Below, piece by piece: positions 11,072 through 20,567 of a stretch of 64,000 nucleotides of DNA. The stretch spans positions 4,096,001-4,160,000 of the forward strand of contig OY970303.1 of assembly GCA_963716255.1 (NCBI GenBank), in the 5' to 3' direction. This DNA comes from an uncultured Gemmatimonadales bacterium. Lineage in GTDB: Bacteria > Gemmatimonadota > Gemmatimonadetes > Longimicrobiales > Longimicrobiaceae. The position numbers and the translations under genes are program-made. Every line of letters starts with the position of its first letter. Positions within the stretch are counted from its first letter, which is position 1. The notes under the pieces are model-generated. The model saw only the letters and a program-made list of their open reading frames with translations, was not told the DNA's origin and did not search any database.

Positions 11072-11287
11072 GTCTCCCAGGCTCCTCCGTAAATGCTCCT
11101 TCCCACGTTCCGCGGAGGACGGACGGGCCGCAACCGCCGTGCCGGGGGCGCGGCCGGGTCGAGGGGCACGACTCCGCCTCGTCGGTCGGCTGGCCGGATC
11201 GGCTATGCACCGGGCATGAAAAACGAGCGGGCGCCTTCAAGGAGAAAGACGCCCGCAGGTGCAGATTTCGGAGGGCGGAGCCGGCGG

Positions 11288-11580
11288 CTACACGCGATCC
11301 CGCCAGGTTCCCGGGTCGCGTCGTGCGTGGAGGCAGCCACCTGGACGGTGTCGTCCGTGACGGCGAAAACGATCCCGTACGGGAAGCGGTGGAGGAGGGC
11401 GCGGCGGAAGTGCCCGTAGACCACGGTGAAGCGCGCCGGGTTGCTCCGGATCGCCCCGAGCACGGTTTCCACCTCCTCCACGAACTCCCTGCCGAGCCCG
11501 GCTCTCTGCTCATCGTACCACAGACGCGCTTCGCGGAGGTCGTCGCGCGCCTCCGGCTGGAGCCGGAGCTTGTAGCTCAC
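11288..11580 (-). pseudogene. RelE/ParE-family toxin with an apparent frameshift near the 3' end
   Basis: MSYKLRLQPEARDDLREARLWYDEQRAGLG...RRALLHRFPYGIVF; the expected tail CLHARRDPGTWRDRV* lies in a shifted frame; the as-is frame runs on to 11203. Confidence 0.7.
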
Positions 11581-11795
11581 CTGTTGCCCATGATCTCCAC
11601 CCGGGCCTGGTCCCAGGGGATTCCCCGGTCGGGGTCCTGCTCGTGCAGGGCCCAGCGGCGGTCCAGCTCGCGGCGCTGGGCTTCGCTGAGGGGCAGCGCC
11701 TCCGGGTGGGAGGCGATGCTGTCCCGGAGGTCTTCCAGGAGCTGCAGCCGCTCGTGGAGGGGAAGCTGGAGCAGGTCGGTGCGTGAGATGGCCAT
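11577..11795 (-). CDS. Putative addiction-module antitoxin
   Basis: 72 aa, LPLHERLQLLEDL.DSI...LSEAQRRELDRR...GIPWDQAR; 4-nt overlap with the toxin gene. Confidence 0.85.
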   Translation of the reverse strand: MAISRTDLLQLPLHERLQLLEDLRDSIASHPEALPLSEAQRRELDRRWALHEQDPDRGIPWDQARVEIMGNR

Positions 11796-11922
11796 GTTCG
11801 ATAGGTTAGCGGGTGAGGGGACGGTTCGGAAGTCCGTTCTCCGGCCCACGGTCGGTGGTACACGGTCCGGGCCCGCCGGTTTCGGCCGGGAGCCCGTGGC
11901 GATTCGCTCCACGGAAAAAGGA

Positions 11923-12924
11923 ATGACGCAGGAGATCGAGGCGGTGGAGGACCCGGCGCTCGCGGCGCGCGTGGTGTCGCGGACGCCGCTGCTGTACGCG
12001 GCCGGCGCCGACCCGGGGGCCGACCGCCCGGCGCACGTGCGCGCGGGGTCCAGCCTGGCGTGGGTGGACGGCCGGCTCGCCGTGGTGCAGGACGACGCCA
12101 GCTTCGTCGCGCTGGTGGACCCGGCGACGATGCGCGCCGCCGCCGTCCACCTGCCGGCGGGGCACGAGGGGAAGCGCCAGTTCGACGACCGCCGCGGGAC
12201 CAAGGCGCACAAGCTGGACCTGGAAGCGTGCGTGGCCGTGCCGGGCGAGGGCGGGGACGTGCTGCTCGCCTTCGGCTCCGGGTCGTCGCCGCGGCGCGAG
12301 CAGGTGGTGGTGCTGGAAGGGTGGGCGGACGACCGGCCGGCGGTGTCGCTGCGCGACGCGTCCGCGCTGTACGCCCGCCTGCGCGGGACCGCCGACTTCG
12401 CCGGGAGCGAGCTGAACCTGGAGGGCGCGGTGTGGATGGACGGCCGCGTTCGCCTCTTCGGGCGCGGCAACGGCGCCGCGCGCGGCGAGGTGAACCCCGT
12501 GGACGCCACCTGCGACCTGGAGTGGGAAGCGCTGCGGGCGTACCTCCGGGACCCGGCCGCGGCGCCCCCGCCGGAGCCCCGCGGCGTGGTCCGCTGGCGG
12601 CTGGGATCGGTGGACGGGCTGCGGCTGGGCTTCACCGACGCCGCGCGCGCCGGCGCCGGGCTCCTGTACTGCGCCTCCGCCGAGGACTCGCCCGACACGA
12701 CCCGCGACGGCCGCGTGGCGGGCTCCGCGCTGGGCGTGTTCGACGCGGGAGGCGGCGCGCGCTGGACGCTGCTGCGCGGCGAGGACGGCACCGCGTTCAC
12801 CGGCAAGGTGGAGGGGCTGGCGGTCCCGCCCGGCTCCCGCGGACGGGCCTGGGTAGTGGTGGACCGCGACGATCCCGACGCCCCCAGCGAGCTGTGCGCC
12901 GTGGAGCTGCGGGGAGGGTGGTAG
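11923..12924 (+). CDS. Conserved hypothetical protein (DUF6929-like)
   Basis: HVRAGSSL, KLDLEA, FGSGS, ELNLEGA and KVEG motifs; AAAGGA upstream of the ATG. Confidence 0.6.
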   Translation: MTQEIEAVEDPALAARVVSRTPLLYAAGADPGADRPAHVRAGSSLAWVDGRLAVVQDDASFVALVDPATMRAAAVHLPAGHEGKRQFDDRRGTKAHKLDLEACVAVPGEGGDVLLAFGSGSSPRREQVVVLEGWADDRPAVSLRDASALYARLRGTADFAGSELNLEGAVWMDGRVRLFGRGNGAARGEVNPVDATCDLEWEALRAYLRDPAAAPPPEPRGVVRWRLGSVDGLRLGFTDAARAGAGLLYCASAEDSPDTTRDGRVAGSALGVFDAGGGARWTLLRGEDGTAFTGKVEGLAVPPGSRGRAWVVVDRDDPDAPSELCAVELRGGW

Positions 12925-12928
12925 CCCC

Positions 12929-13393
12929 GTGAGCGCCCACATTCACCAGCTCAGCGTTTCCGGCGGCGGCGTCCCCAAGCTCCCCGTCGCCGTGGCCGAG
13001 GTGACCGCGAACGGCATCGTGGGAGACCGGCAGCGAAACCGCCGCTTCCACGGCGGTCCGAAGCGCGCCGTCTGCCTGTTCGCGCTGGAGGAGATCGAGC
13101 GCCTGCGCGCCGAGGGCCACCCCGTCGCCCCCGGCACCACCGGCGAGAACGTCACCGTCGCCGGGCTCCCCTGGGAGCGGGTGCGCCTCGGCGCGCGCCT
13201 GGCGCTGGGCGGCGAGGTGGTGCTGGAGGTCACCTCCTACACCGCGCCGTGCAAGAACATCGGCCCGTCCTTTCGCGACGGCGACTTCACCCGCATCTCC
13301 CAGAAGCTGCACCCGGGCGAGTCGCGCGTGTACGCCCGCGTCCTGAGCCCCGGCACCGTCCGCACCGGCGACCCCGTCCGCCTCCTGGAATAG
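12929..13393 (+). CDS. MOSC domain protein (YiiM-like)
   Basis: GGVPK, HGGPKRAVCL, GENVT and APCK motifs. Confidence 0.9.
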   Translation: MSAHIHQLSVSGGGVPKLPVAVAEVTANGIVGDRQRNRRFHGGPKRAVCLFALEEIERLRAEGHPVAPGTTGENVTVAGLPWERVRLGARLALGGEVVLEVTSYTAPCKNIGPSFRDGDFTRISQKLHPGESRVYARVLSPGTVRTGDPVRLLE

Positions 13394-13485
13394 CGGCGGT
13401 CCCGCAATTCCGCACTCCCCCGGGTACGACATTCGCGGCGGGTCGCCCGACCGTCCGCCGCGCACCCGTTTCCCGGAGGCCGCCC

Positions 13486-14622
13486 ATGATCCGCATCGTG
13501 CTCGTCCTGCTCCTCCTCGCGGGCTGCTCGGACGATCCGGGCGGCACGGTCGATCCGCCGGGCGGCGGCGAGATCCGCCTGACCGAGGTCGCGGCCGGGC
13601 TGAGCGGCCCCGTGTTCCTCACCGCTCCCCGCCCGGACGCGCGCCTCTTCGTGGTGGAGCAGCCGGGGCGCATCCGCGTGGTGGAGAACGGCGCGCTGCT
13701 CCCCACGCCCTTTTTGGACATCACCGACCGCGTTTCCAGCGGCGGCGAGCGGGGGCTGCTCAGCGTCGCCTTCCACCCCTCGTACGCCACCAACGGCTAC
13801 TTCTACGTCGACTACACGGACCGGGGCGGCGACACCCGCATCGAGCGCTACCGCGTGGGTGCGGACCGCAACCGCGCCGACCCCGCCTCCGCCAGGCTGA
13901 TCCTGCAGGTGGCGCAGCCATTCGCCAACCACAACGGCGGGCTGGTGGCGTTCGGGCCGGACGGAAAGCTGTACGTGGGGATGGGCGACGGCGGGTCCGG
14001 CGGCGACCCGCTGGGCCACGGCCAGAACCGCGCGACGCTGCTGGGCGACATCCTGCGCATCGACGTGGACGCCGGCGACCCGTACGCCGTCCCCGCGGAC
14101 AACCCGTTCGTGGGGCAGGCGGGCGCCCGCGGCGAGATCTGGGCGACCGGGGTGCGCAACCCCTGGCGCTTCGCCTTCGACCGCGAGGCCGGGCTCCTGT
14201 ACGTGGCCGACGTGGGGCAGAACGCGCTGGAGGAGGTCAACGTGGTCCCCGCCGCGAGTGCCGGGCTCAACTTCGGGTGGAACGTGATGGAGGGGAGCCG
14301 CTGCTTCAGCCCGGCGGAGGGGTGCAGCCGGACGGGGCTGGTGGTGCCGGTGCTGGAGTACGGGCACTCGGAAGGGTGCTCCGTCACCGGCGGCTACGTG
14401 TACCGCGGCAGCCGCATCCCGGCGCTCCGCGGGCACTACTTCTACGCCGACTACTGCCAGGGGTGGATCCGCAGCTTCCGCCACCAGGGCGGCCAGGCGC
14501 TGGACCGGCGGGAGTGGGCGCTGGGCGGCGTGGGCAGCGTGCTTTCCTTCGGCGAGGATGCGGCGGGCGAGCTGTACGTGCTTTCCGCGAACGGGCGGGT
14601 GTACCGGATCGAACCGGCCTGA
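13486..14622 (+). CDS. PQQ-dependent sugar dehydrogenase family lipoprotein
   Basis: Lipobox LAGC; ERGLLSVAFHP, NHNGG, GMGDGG and GVRNPWR motifs. Confidence 0.9.
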   Translation: MIRIVLVLLLLAGCSDDPGGTVDPPGGGEIRLTEVAAGLSGPVFLTAPRPDARLFVVEQPGRIRVVENGALLPTPFLDITDRVSSGGERGLLSVAFHPSYATNGYFYVDYTDRGGDTRIERYRVGADRNRADPASARLILQVAQPFANHNGGLVAFGPDGKLYVGMGDGGSGGDPLGHGQNRATLLGDILRIDVDAGDPYAVPADNPFVGQAGARGEIWATGVRNPWRFAFDREAGLLYVADVGQNALEEVNVVPAASAGLNFGWNVMEGSRCFSPAEGCSRTGLVVPVLEYGHSEGCSVTGGYVYRGSRIPALRGHYFYADYCQGWIRSFRHQGGQALDRREWALGGVGSVLSFGEDAAGELYVLSANGRVYRIEPA

Positions 14623-14848
14623 CCGCTCCGCGGCCTGTCCCCTTTCCGGGCGCCGTGCTGTCCTCCCGCGCAGACGGGGTGCGGGCGCGCCTTATCCGAC
14701 TCGCGGAGTCAACCCGCTGCCGCCAATCGGCTTGGCCCTGCGGCGCGGCCGGGAACGCGGGTTGCCCGCTGGAAGGGTGCCCGTCCCCCTCGGCTCCCTC
14801 CGGCCGCCCGGGCGCTCCCGTCCACACCTCCGCAAGGGATGGTGCCCC

Positions 14849-15613
14849 ATGTTCTCCAAGCTCGAAACGAAAAGCCGCAGGCGCCGGATCTTCAGCCCCA
14901 CCACGGTCGCGCTTTCGGCGGGGGCGCACGTCCTCCTGCTGGGCGGCGTGCTGCTCGCGTCCAGCGGGGAGGCGACGCGCCCGAGAGTCCTCGTGCTCCC
15001 CATCGAGGACTACTTCCCGGAGGAAGTGAAGCCCGCGCCCGTCCCGCCGCCGGCCACTCCCCCGGAGCCCGTCGCGCCGCCCGAGGACACCCCGCGGCCG
15101 GTCCCGGGCGACTTCGTCAACCCCGTGCCGCCCGAGGACGTCCCCGCCGAGCTGCCCCGGTTCGACCCGTCCGACACGCCGCTCACGCCCGACATGACCA
15201 CCGGGATCGGCAGACCCGGCGATGTCATCGGCCCGCGCGTCCCCGGCGACGTCCGCCCGCCCACGGGGGAGACCCGGCCCACCCCGCACGACGGCGTCCA
15301 CACCGTGAGCTCCGTGGAGGAGCGGCCGGCGCTCCGCAACGCGGCGGAGATGCAGCGCGTGCTCCAGCGGCTCTACCCGGAGCTGCTGCGCGACGCCGGC
15401 GTTTCCGGGGAAACGCAGCTCCAGTTCGTGGTGGACACCGAGGGGAACGTGGAGCCGGGGAGCGTGACGGTCCTTTCCTCCACCCACGCGGCGTTCGAAG
15501 CGGCCTCCCTGCGGGCGGCGGAAAGGTTCCGCTTCCGCCCCGCGAAGATCGGCAGCCGGGCCGTGCGCGTGGTGATCAACATGCCCATCACCTGGAAGCT
15601 GGACGGCAACTGA
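14849..15613 (+). CDS. Energy transducer TonB-like protein
   Basis: N-terminal TM with SxxxH, Pro-rich linker, YPELLRDAGVSG...FVVDTEG...FRPAK C-terminal domain. Confidence 0.85.
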   Translation: MFSKLETKSRRRRIFSPTTVALSAGAHVLLLGGVLLASSGEATRPRVLVLPIEDYFPEEVKPAPVPPPATPPEPVAPPEDTPRPVPGDFVNPVPPEDVPAELPRFDPSDTPLTPDMTTGIGRPGDVIGPRVPGDVRPPTGETRPTPHDGVHTVSSVEERPALRNAAEMQRVLQRLYPELLRDAGVSGETQLQFVVDTEGNVEPGSVTVLSSTHAAFEAASLRAAERFRFRPAKIGSRAVRVVINMPITWKLDGN

Positions 15614-15642
15614 GCCCGGCCGCCGTCCGGAACCGGAGCGAC

Positions 15643-15676
15643 GAAGGGGGCCCGGCGCATCGCGCCGGGCCCCCTG
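15643..15676. terminator. Hairpin between convergent genes
   Basis: GGGGCCCGGCGC..GCGCCGGGCCCC inverted repeat. Confidence 0.55.
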
Positions 15677-15697
15677 TCGCTTCGTGCGGCCGCAGGC

Positions 15698-16078
15698 TCA
15701 GTTCGGCCTGCTGCCCGGGCCGATGCGGCGGCGGACCTCCTCCAGCACCCGGCGCGGGTCCAGCGGCTTGCTGAGGAAGCCGTCGCAGCCCGCGGCCACG
15801 GCGCGCTTCCCCACCGAGCCGTACGCGTGCGCCGTCATCACCACGATGGGGATGTGGCCCGTCTCCGGGTCGCTCTTCAGCGCCTCCGTGGCCCCGAAGC
15901 CGTCCAGCCGCGGCACCGACAGGTCCATGAGGATCAGGTCCGGCAGGTTGCGGCGGGCGCAGTCCACCCCCTCCTCGCCGTTCTCCGCCTTGAGGACGCG
16001 GTAGCCGTGGCGCTCCAGGTACACGGAGTGGATCGCCATGGCCTCCAGCTGGTCTTCCACGATCAGGACGGTCTTCAT
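15698..16078 (-). CDS. Single-domain response regulator (DivK-like)
   Basis: VLIVED, PDLILMD and FLSKP receiver motifs. Confidence 0.92.
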   Translation of the reverse strand: MKTVLIVEDQLEAMAIHSVYLERHGYRVLKAENGEEGVDCARRNLPDLILMDLSVPRLDGFGATEALKSDPETGHIPIVVMTAHAYGSVGKRAVAAGCDGFLSKPLDPRRVLEEVRRRIGPGSRPN

Positions 16079-16294
16079 CTCACTTCGATTCCGGTACGGC
16101 CGGATGCGGCGGACGCCGCCGCGGGGCGGGGTCCGGCACCGGCGTGGGCCGTCAGGCGTCTGGATGGCTTGGCCTGAATGGATGGACACGCGGCGCCGCG
16201 CGCGCAAGTCCCGTCCCGCCACACGTCTACACTCGCGCGGACCCGGGAGGTCCATCGGGCGGGGACGGCACGCCTGCGTGCCGTACGGCAGAGG

Positions 16295-19200
16295 CTAGCC
16301 GAGAATCGATTCGAAGAGTTGGCGCACCTGCTCCGGCGTGGCGTTCATCAGCCTCGAGGTCTCCTCTGCGACACCATCATCTCCGGAATCCTTCCAAAGA
16401 TTGGCCAGGGTTCGAAGCGCGATGCTGGCGTTGTGCTGTTCCTTGTAGGAGAGGAATATCTCCAGAGCTTGTAGAAGATCTGTCTGTGCCTGCTCCCACT
16501 GCCGCTGCGCCTGGGCCACCCTGCCGAGCTGGTGGTAGGTGGAAGCCTGCGAGTAGCGGTCTTTGAAACCGATCTTGATCTCCAGGGCCTGCCGGTAGTG
16601 CTGCTCGGCCTGCTCCCACTGCCGCTGCTCCTCGGCCACCCTGCCGAGCTGGTGGTAGGTGCCAGCCTGCTCGTAGCGGTCGTTGAACTCGATGTAGATC
16701 TCCAGGGCCTGCCGGTAGTGGTGCTCGGCCTGCTCCCACTGCCGCTGCTCCTGGGCCACCATGCCGAGCTGGTGGTAGGTGGAAGCCTGCGAGTGGCGGT
16801 CGTTGAACTCGATCTTGACCTCCAGGGCCTGCCGGTAGTACTGCTCGGCCTGCTCCCACTGCCGCTGCTCCTCGGCCACCCTGCCGAGCTGGTGGTAGGT
16901 GCCAGCCTGCTCGTAGCGGTCGTTGAACTCGATGTAGATCTCCAGGGCCTGCCGGTAGTGGTGCTCGGCCTGCTCCCACTGCCGCTGCTCCTGGGCCACC
17001 ATGCCGAGCTGGTGGTAGGTGGAAGCCTGCGAGTGGCGGTCGTTGAACTCGATCTTGACCTCCAGGGCCTGCCGGTAGTGCTGCTCGGCCTGCTCCCACT
17101 GCCGCTGCGCCTGGGCCACCATGCCGAGCTGGTGGTAGGTGGAAGCCTGCGAGTCGCGGTCTTTGAACTCGATCTTGACCTCCAGGGCGTGGCGGTAGTG
17201 CTGCTCGGCCTGCTCCCACTGCCGCTGCGCCTGGGCCACCATGCCGAGCTGGTGATAGATCGAAGCGCTTGCTTGCTTTCGGATTTCCGGGCTCAGGTGC
17301 TCGTTTTCTTGCCAGAGATCCAGTGTCTTCCTGTAAGTTTCTTCAGCCTCCGCATACCGCTTGAGGCGGAGCTGGCGCGAGGCGACATCATCCAGCACGC
17401 CAACGGATTCAAGGCCGACAACTCCAGACAAGATTTCGGATGGGTATTGGGCCAGGCTGGCCAGAATGGTTTCCCCAAGTGCAAGCCCACGAGAGTGCTC
17501 CTGCGCGGAATCGAAGTATTCCGAAAGTGCGGAATATGGTTTCAGGATGGACCGGTGTTGGTTGAGAGCAATGCCGAGCGCCTGGTACAGGTTCTCGAAC
17601 TCCAGCCCCGCGATCACACGTCCAGCGGTCTTCTCTCCGGCCGCTTTGGATGTCATCAAGGTGTAGATGACATCGCCATATCCGTCATAGGTCTGCTGGA
17701 ATGCTGAATCGACGGCGTCGCGTAGCTTGTCGTTCTCCGCTCCGAGGCGGTTCCGCAGGAAGTAGGGGAGTGCCGGTTGAAGCCGGAGAAAGCCGGGCAC
17801 CTCCGGGTAGGGGCTCATCAGGCCCCATGCTACGGCTTGGCGGATCACGTCGTCCCAGCGCTCGAACGGCAGGCCGCTCAGCGCATCCTGGCTCCGGAGC
17901 ACCTCCGAATACATCGGAAGGATCCGCGTATTGAGGACGGAGGTGAACGGTGCCAGGCAGGCGAGCAGTCCCTGGACGTCGGGGTCGAGGTTGCCATGCG
18001 AGTAGTCGATGCAGCGCAGGATGCTCCGCGTCTTCGACTCGGCGTCGCCGGTGTCCAGCGCCACGTCTCCCGCCTGCAGCGCCTCCAGGACCTGCACGGG
18101 TGTCTGCCTCGCCAGGTTGGCGAGCACCACCTCCATGGCGAGCGGGTACCCGGCCAGCAGCCTGAGCAGGCGGCGGTAGTCGTCGTCGCCGCGGTACCGC
18201 GCCGCGCCGTGCCGCTCCAGGATGCGGTCCGCCAGGACCGACGCGGCCTCCGGGTCCAGCCCCGGGAGGTCGTACGCGCTCTCGCCGAACGTGCCCGGGG
18301 CGAGCCACTCCTCCCCGCTGCGTGAGCCCAGCAGCACCAGCGTGCGCCCTCCCGCCAGGTCCGCCAGGAAGCGGCGCAGCGCCTCGCGCTCCTCCGGCGG
18401 GAGCGTGCTCCCGACCGCCAGGTTGGTCCCGGTGATCGACTCCAGGTTGTCCAGGATCAGCAGGTGCCGCTCCGCCCGGAGCCTGCGCACGAGCATGGCC
18501 TGCTGGGCGTCCATCTTCATGGGGACGAACACCCCGTGGAACTCCGCCGCGGGGAGGAGCTTCCCGGCAATGGCGTGCAGGAGCTGCTGGCGGGTCCAGG
18601 CCCGCTCGTCGTAGCCGAAGTAGAACACGCGGTCCACGAAGCGCGTGGCCTGCCACCAGCCGCCCAGGTGGTGCAGGAGCGTCGATTTTCCCGCGCCCCC
18701 CATCCCGCGCACCAGGAGCAGGTTGCGCCCCGAGAGCAGCCGCTTCTCGATGCGCAGCACGTCCAGGTCGCGGCCGACGAACCCGTACGCCGTGTCCGGC
18801 GGGGTGTAGCCGGCGGCTTCTCGCTCGTAGTATGCGGCCGCCTCCTCCGGCGTGAAGTCGCGCGTGCGGAGCTGGGGCGCCTGGTTCTCGTAGACCACGG
18901 GGAGGAGCCAGTCCTCCAGGTCGATCGTCTGGTTGAAGTAGACCCGCCGCCCCTTGCGGTCGTGCAGTTCCAGCCGCGCCAGCCGGATCGCGGTGGCGAG
19001 GTCCCGCCCCGCGAACAGGTGGCCGTACAGCTCGCGCATCATCATCTCCGCGGCGCTCACCGTCACCGAGTACCCCATCGCCAGCACCGTCTGCATCCCG
19101 GCCTGCATGAGCCGGCTCCCCAGGCTGGTCTCCGCCGAGCCCACCTGCTTGCCGGACTCGCACGCGTTCAGCACCGCGATGGGGACCCGGTGCGAGAGCA

Positions 19201-20071
19201 GCAGCGCGCTCAGCTCGGCCGCTTCCACCGGGTCCGCCTGCTCGTCGCGGTCGCCCTCCAGGAAGAGAAAGGCCCGCCTGCCCTCGTACGGCGCCAGGTC
19301 CTGCCTCCCGTCGCGCGCCTGGAAGACGTAGCGGTCGCCCCCCTCCGACTCGCCCAGCGCCCGCAGCTCCTCGTGGGTGAGGAGCGCCCCGTGCACGTCG
19401 AAGTGGACCACGTGGTAGTACCCGGCGCTCCCGGGGCCGCGGACGGACTCCAGGTGTTTGGAGAGGGCGCGGTACGTGCCGGGGCGGAGCACGTCCACCC
19501 GCACGGGGAGCCTCGCCTGCCGCAGCCCCTCCACCAGCGGGCGGGAGATGGTGCGGTATCCCACGTCGCGCTCCCCGTGGGGGCGGGCGGTGACGACCAG
19601 CAGGTTGATGGTGGGCGACGGCTCCGGGACCGCGCGGAGCGGGGGAGGCACGAGGTTCCTGCGCAGCACCGATGCGTCCAGCGCCAGCGGCCGCGGGAGC
19701 GACGGGTCCCGGAGCGATTCCCAGTGCAGGCGGTGGAACTCCGGCGATCCCGCGATCTCGAACCGGAGGGTGTGCGCCCCTCCCGCCTGGAGCGCCTCCC
19801 TGTAGTGGGCGTAGGCTTCGCGCTCGGCGAACACCTGCCCGAAGAGCGCTTTTCCGTACGCCGAGATGCTGTCGGCCGCCCTGCGAGCATCCACCTGACC
19901 GGTGAAGGGGAAGCGCAGGTGCTTCTCGAAGTACCACTCGAGCCGCGCTTCCTCCGCGGGGGAGAACGGGTCGGCGACGCGGGCCGCGTACTCGCCCTCG
20001 CCGTCGAAGCTCACGGTCGCGGAGTGGACCCCCTCCTCCGCGTCCACCTCTCGGATGGTGATCCGGGTCAC
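16295..20071 (-). CDS. CHAT (caspase-like) protease - STAND/NB-ARC-like NTPase - TPR repeat protein
   Basis: VVHFDVHG (His) and VLNACESG (Cys) dyad; Walker A GMGGAGKST; Walker B LLILDNLE; 40-aa TPR repeats. Confidence 0.92.
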   Translation of the reverse strand: MTRITIREVDAEEGVHSATVSFDGEGEYAARVADPFSPAEEARLEWYFEKHLRFPFTGQVDARRAADSISAYGKALFGQVFAEREAYAHYREALQAGGAHTLRFEIAGSPEFHRLHWESLRDPSLPRPLALDASVLRRNLVPPPLRAVPEPSPTINLLVVTARPHGERDVGYRTISRPLVEGLRQARLPVRVDVLRPGTYRALSKHLESVRGPGSAGYYHVVHFDVHGALLTHEELRALGESEGGDRYVFQARDGRQDLAPYEGRRAFLFLEGDRDEQADPVEAAELSALLLSHRVPIAVLNACESGKQVGSAETSLGSRLMQAGMQTVLAMGYSVTVSAAEMMMRELYGHLFAGRDLATAIRLARLELHDRKGRRVYFNQTIDLEDWLLPVVYENQAPQLRTRDFTPEEAAAYYEREAAGYTPPDTAYGFVGRDLDVLRIEKRLLSGRNLLLVRGMGGAGKSTLLHHLGGWWQATRFVDRVFYFGYDERAWTRQQLLHAIAGKLLPAAEFHGVFVPMKMDAQQAMLVRRLRAERHLLILDNLESITGTNLAVGSTLPPEEREALRRFLADLAGGRTLVLLGSRSGEEWLAPGTFGESAYDLPGLDPEAASVLADRILERHGAARYRGDDDYRRLLRLLAGYPLAMEVVLANLARQTPVQVLEALQAGDVALDTGDAESKTRSILRCIDYSHGNLDPDVQGLLACLAPFTSVLNTRILPMYSEVLRSQDALSGLPFERWDDVIRQAVAWGLMSPYPEVPGFLRLQPALPYFLRNRLGAENDKLRDAVDSAFQQTYDGYGDVIYTLMTSKAAGEKTAGRVIAGLEFENLYQALGIALNQHRSILKPYSALSEYFDSAQEHSRGLALGETILASLAQYPSEILSGVVGLESVGVLDDVASRQLRLKRYAEAEETYRKTLDLWQENEHLSPEIRKQASASIYHQLGMVAQAQRQWEQAEQHYRHALEVKIEFKDRDSQASTYHQLGMVAQAQRQWEQAEQHYRQALEVKIEFNDRHSQASTYHQLGMVAQEQRQWEQAEHHYRQALEIYIEFNDRYEQAGTYHQLGRVAEEQRQWEQAEQYYRQALEVKIEFNDRHSQASTYHQLGMVAQEQRQWEQAEHHYRQALEIYIEFNDRYEQAGTYHQLGRVAEEQRQWEQAEQHYRQALEIKIGFKDRYSQASTYHQLGRVAQAQRQWEQAQTDLLQALEIFLSYKEQHNASIALRTLANLWKDSGDDGVAEETSRLMNATPEQVRQLFESILG
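16488..17256 (-). repeat. About 6.4 tandem 120-bp units encoding TPR repeats
   Basis: GCCGCTGC recurs at 16501, 16621, 16741, 16861, 16981, 17101 and 17221; 16621-16860 and 16861-17100 differ at one base. Confidence 0.97.
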
Positions 20072-20074
20072 GGG

Positions 20075-20395
20075 CTACTCCTCGGTCGTGGTGACCACCA
20101 GGACCCGGGTCCCGTCGGGCCGGTGGATCTCCCGGACCTCGGTCGTCGTGCGCACGCCGCGGCGCGCGACCGCCGCCTTGATCAGGTCGTAGAGGGCGCT
20201 GCTGGCGAGGCTCAGCGCGACGTTGCCGAGCACGACCACGGCCCCCGCGGCGAGGGACGGATCGAAGCGCCTCTCGCCCGTGTGCTCCAGGCGCGCATCC
20301 GCCGCCTCGCGAGACGCGGGCGTGCCGTTCCATTCGCTCACGAGATCCGCGGCGGCCAGGCCCAGCTCCGGTGACAGGACAACCTGGTATTCCAT
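20075..20395 (-). CDS. Small protein with a hydrophobic segment directly upstream of the CHAT gene (EACC1-like partner, tentative)
   Basis: 106 aa; GGAGGAA RBS; LAAGAVVVLGNVALSLASSALYDLIK segment; stop lies 3 nt before the CHAT start. Confidence 0.7.
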   Translation of the reverse strand: MEYQVVLSPELGLAAADLVSEWNGTPASREAADARLEHTGERRFDPSLAAGAVVVLGNVALSLASSALYDLIKAAVARRGVRTTTEVREIHRPDGTRVLVVTTTEE

Positions 20396-20567
20396 CGTTC
20401 CTCCCCGTGGTCGTCGGTGCGGTTCGTCCTCACGCAAAGGTGAGCGGCCTCCCATCCCGAAGCAAGCAATACGACAATCCACAGTGCGTCCGTGCCCCCC
20501 TGCGGCACGCCTCCTGCTTGTCCCACGGGCCCTGGACAAACCCTGCACTCACTGGCCGGAGGAAGCG

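Noticed and set aside
16488..17256. Regular repeats as a possible CRISPR array
   Set aside because: Contiguous 120-bp in-frame coding repeats with no unique spacers and no cas genes
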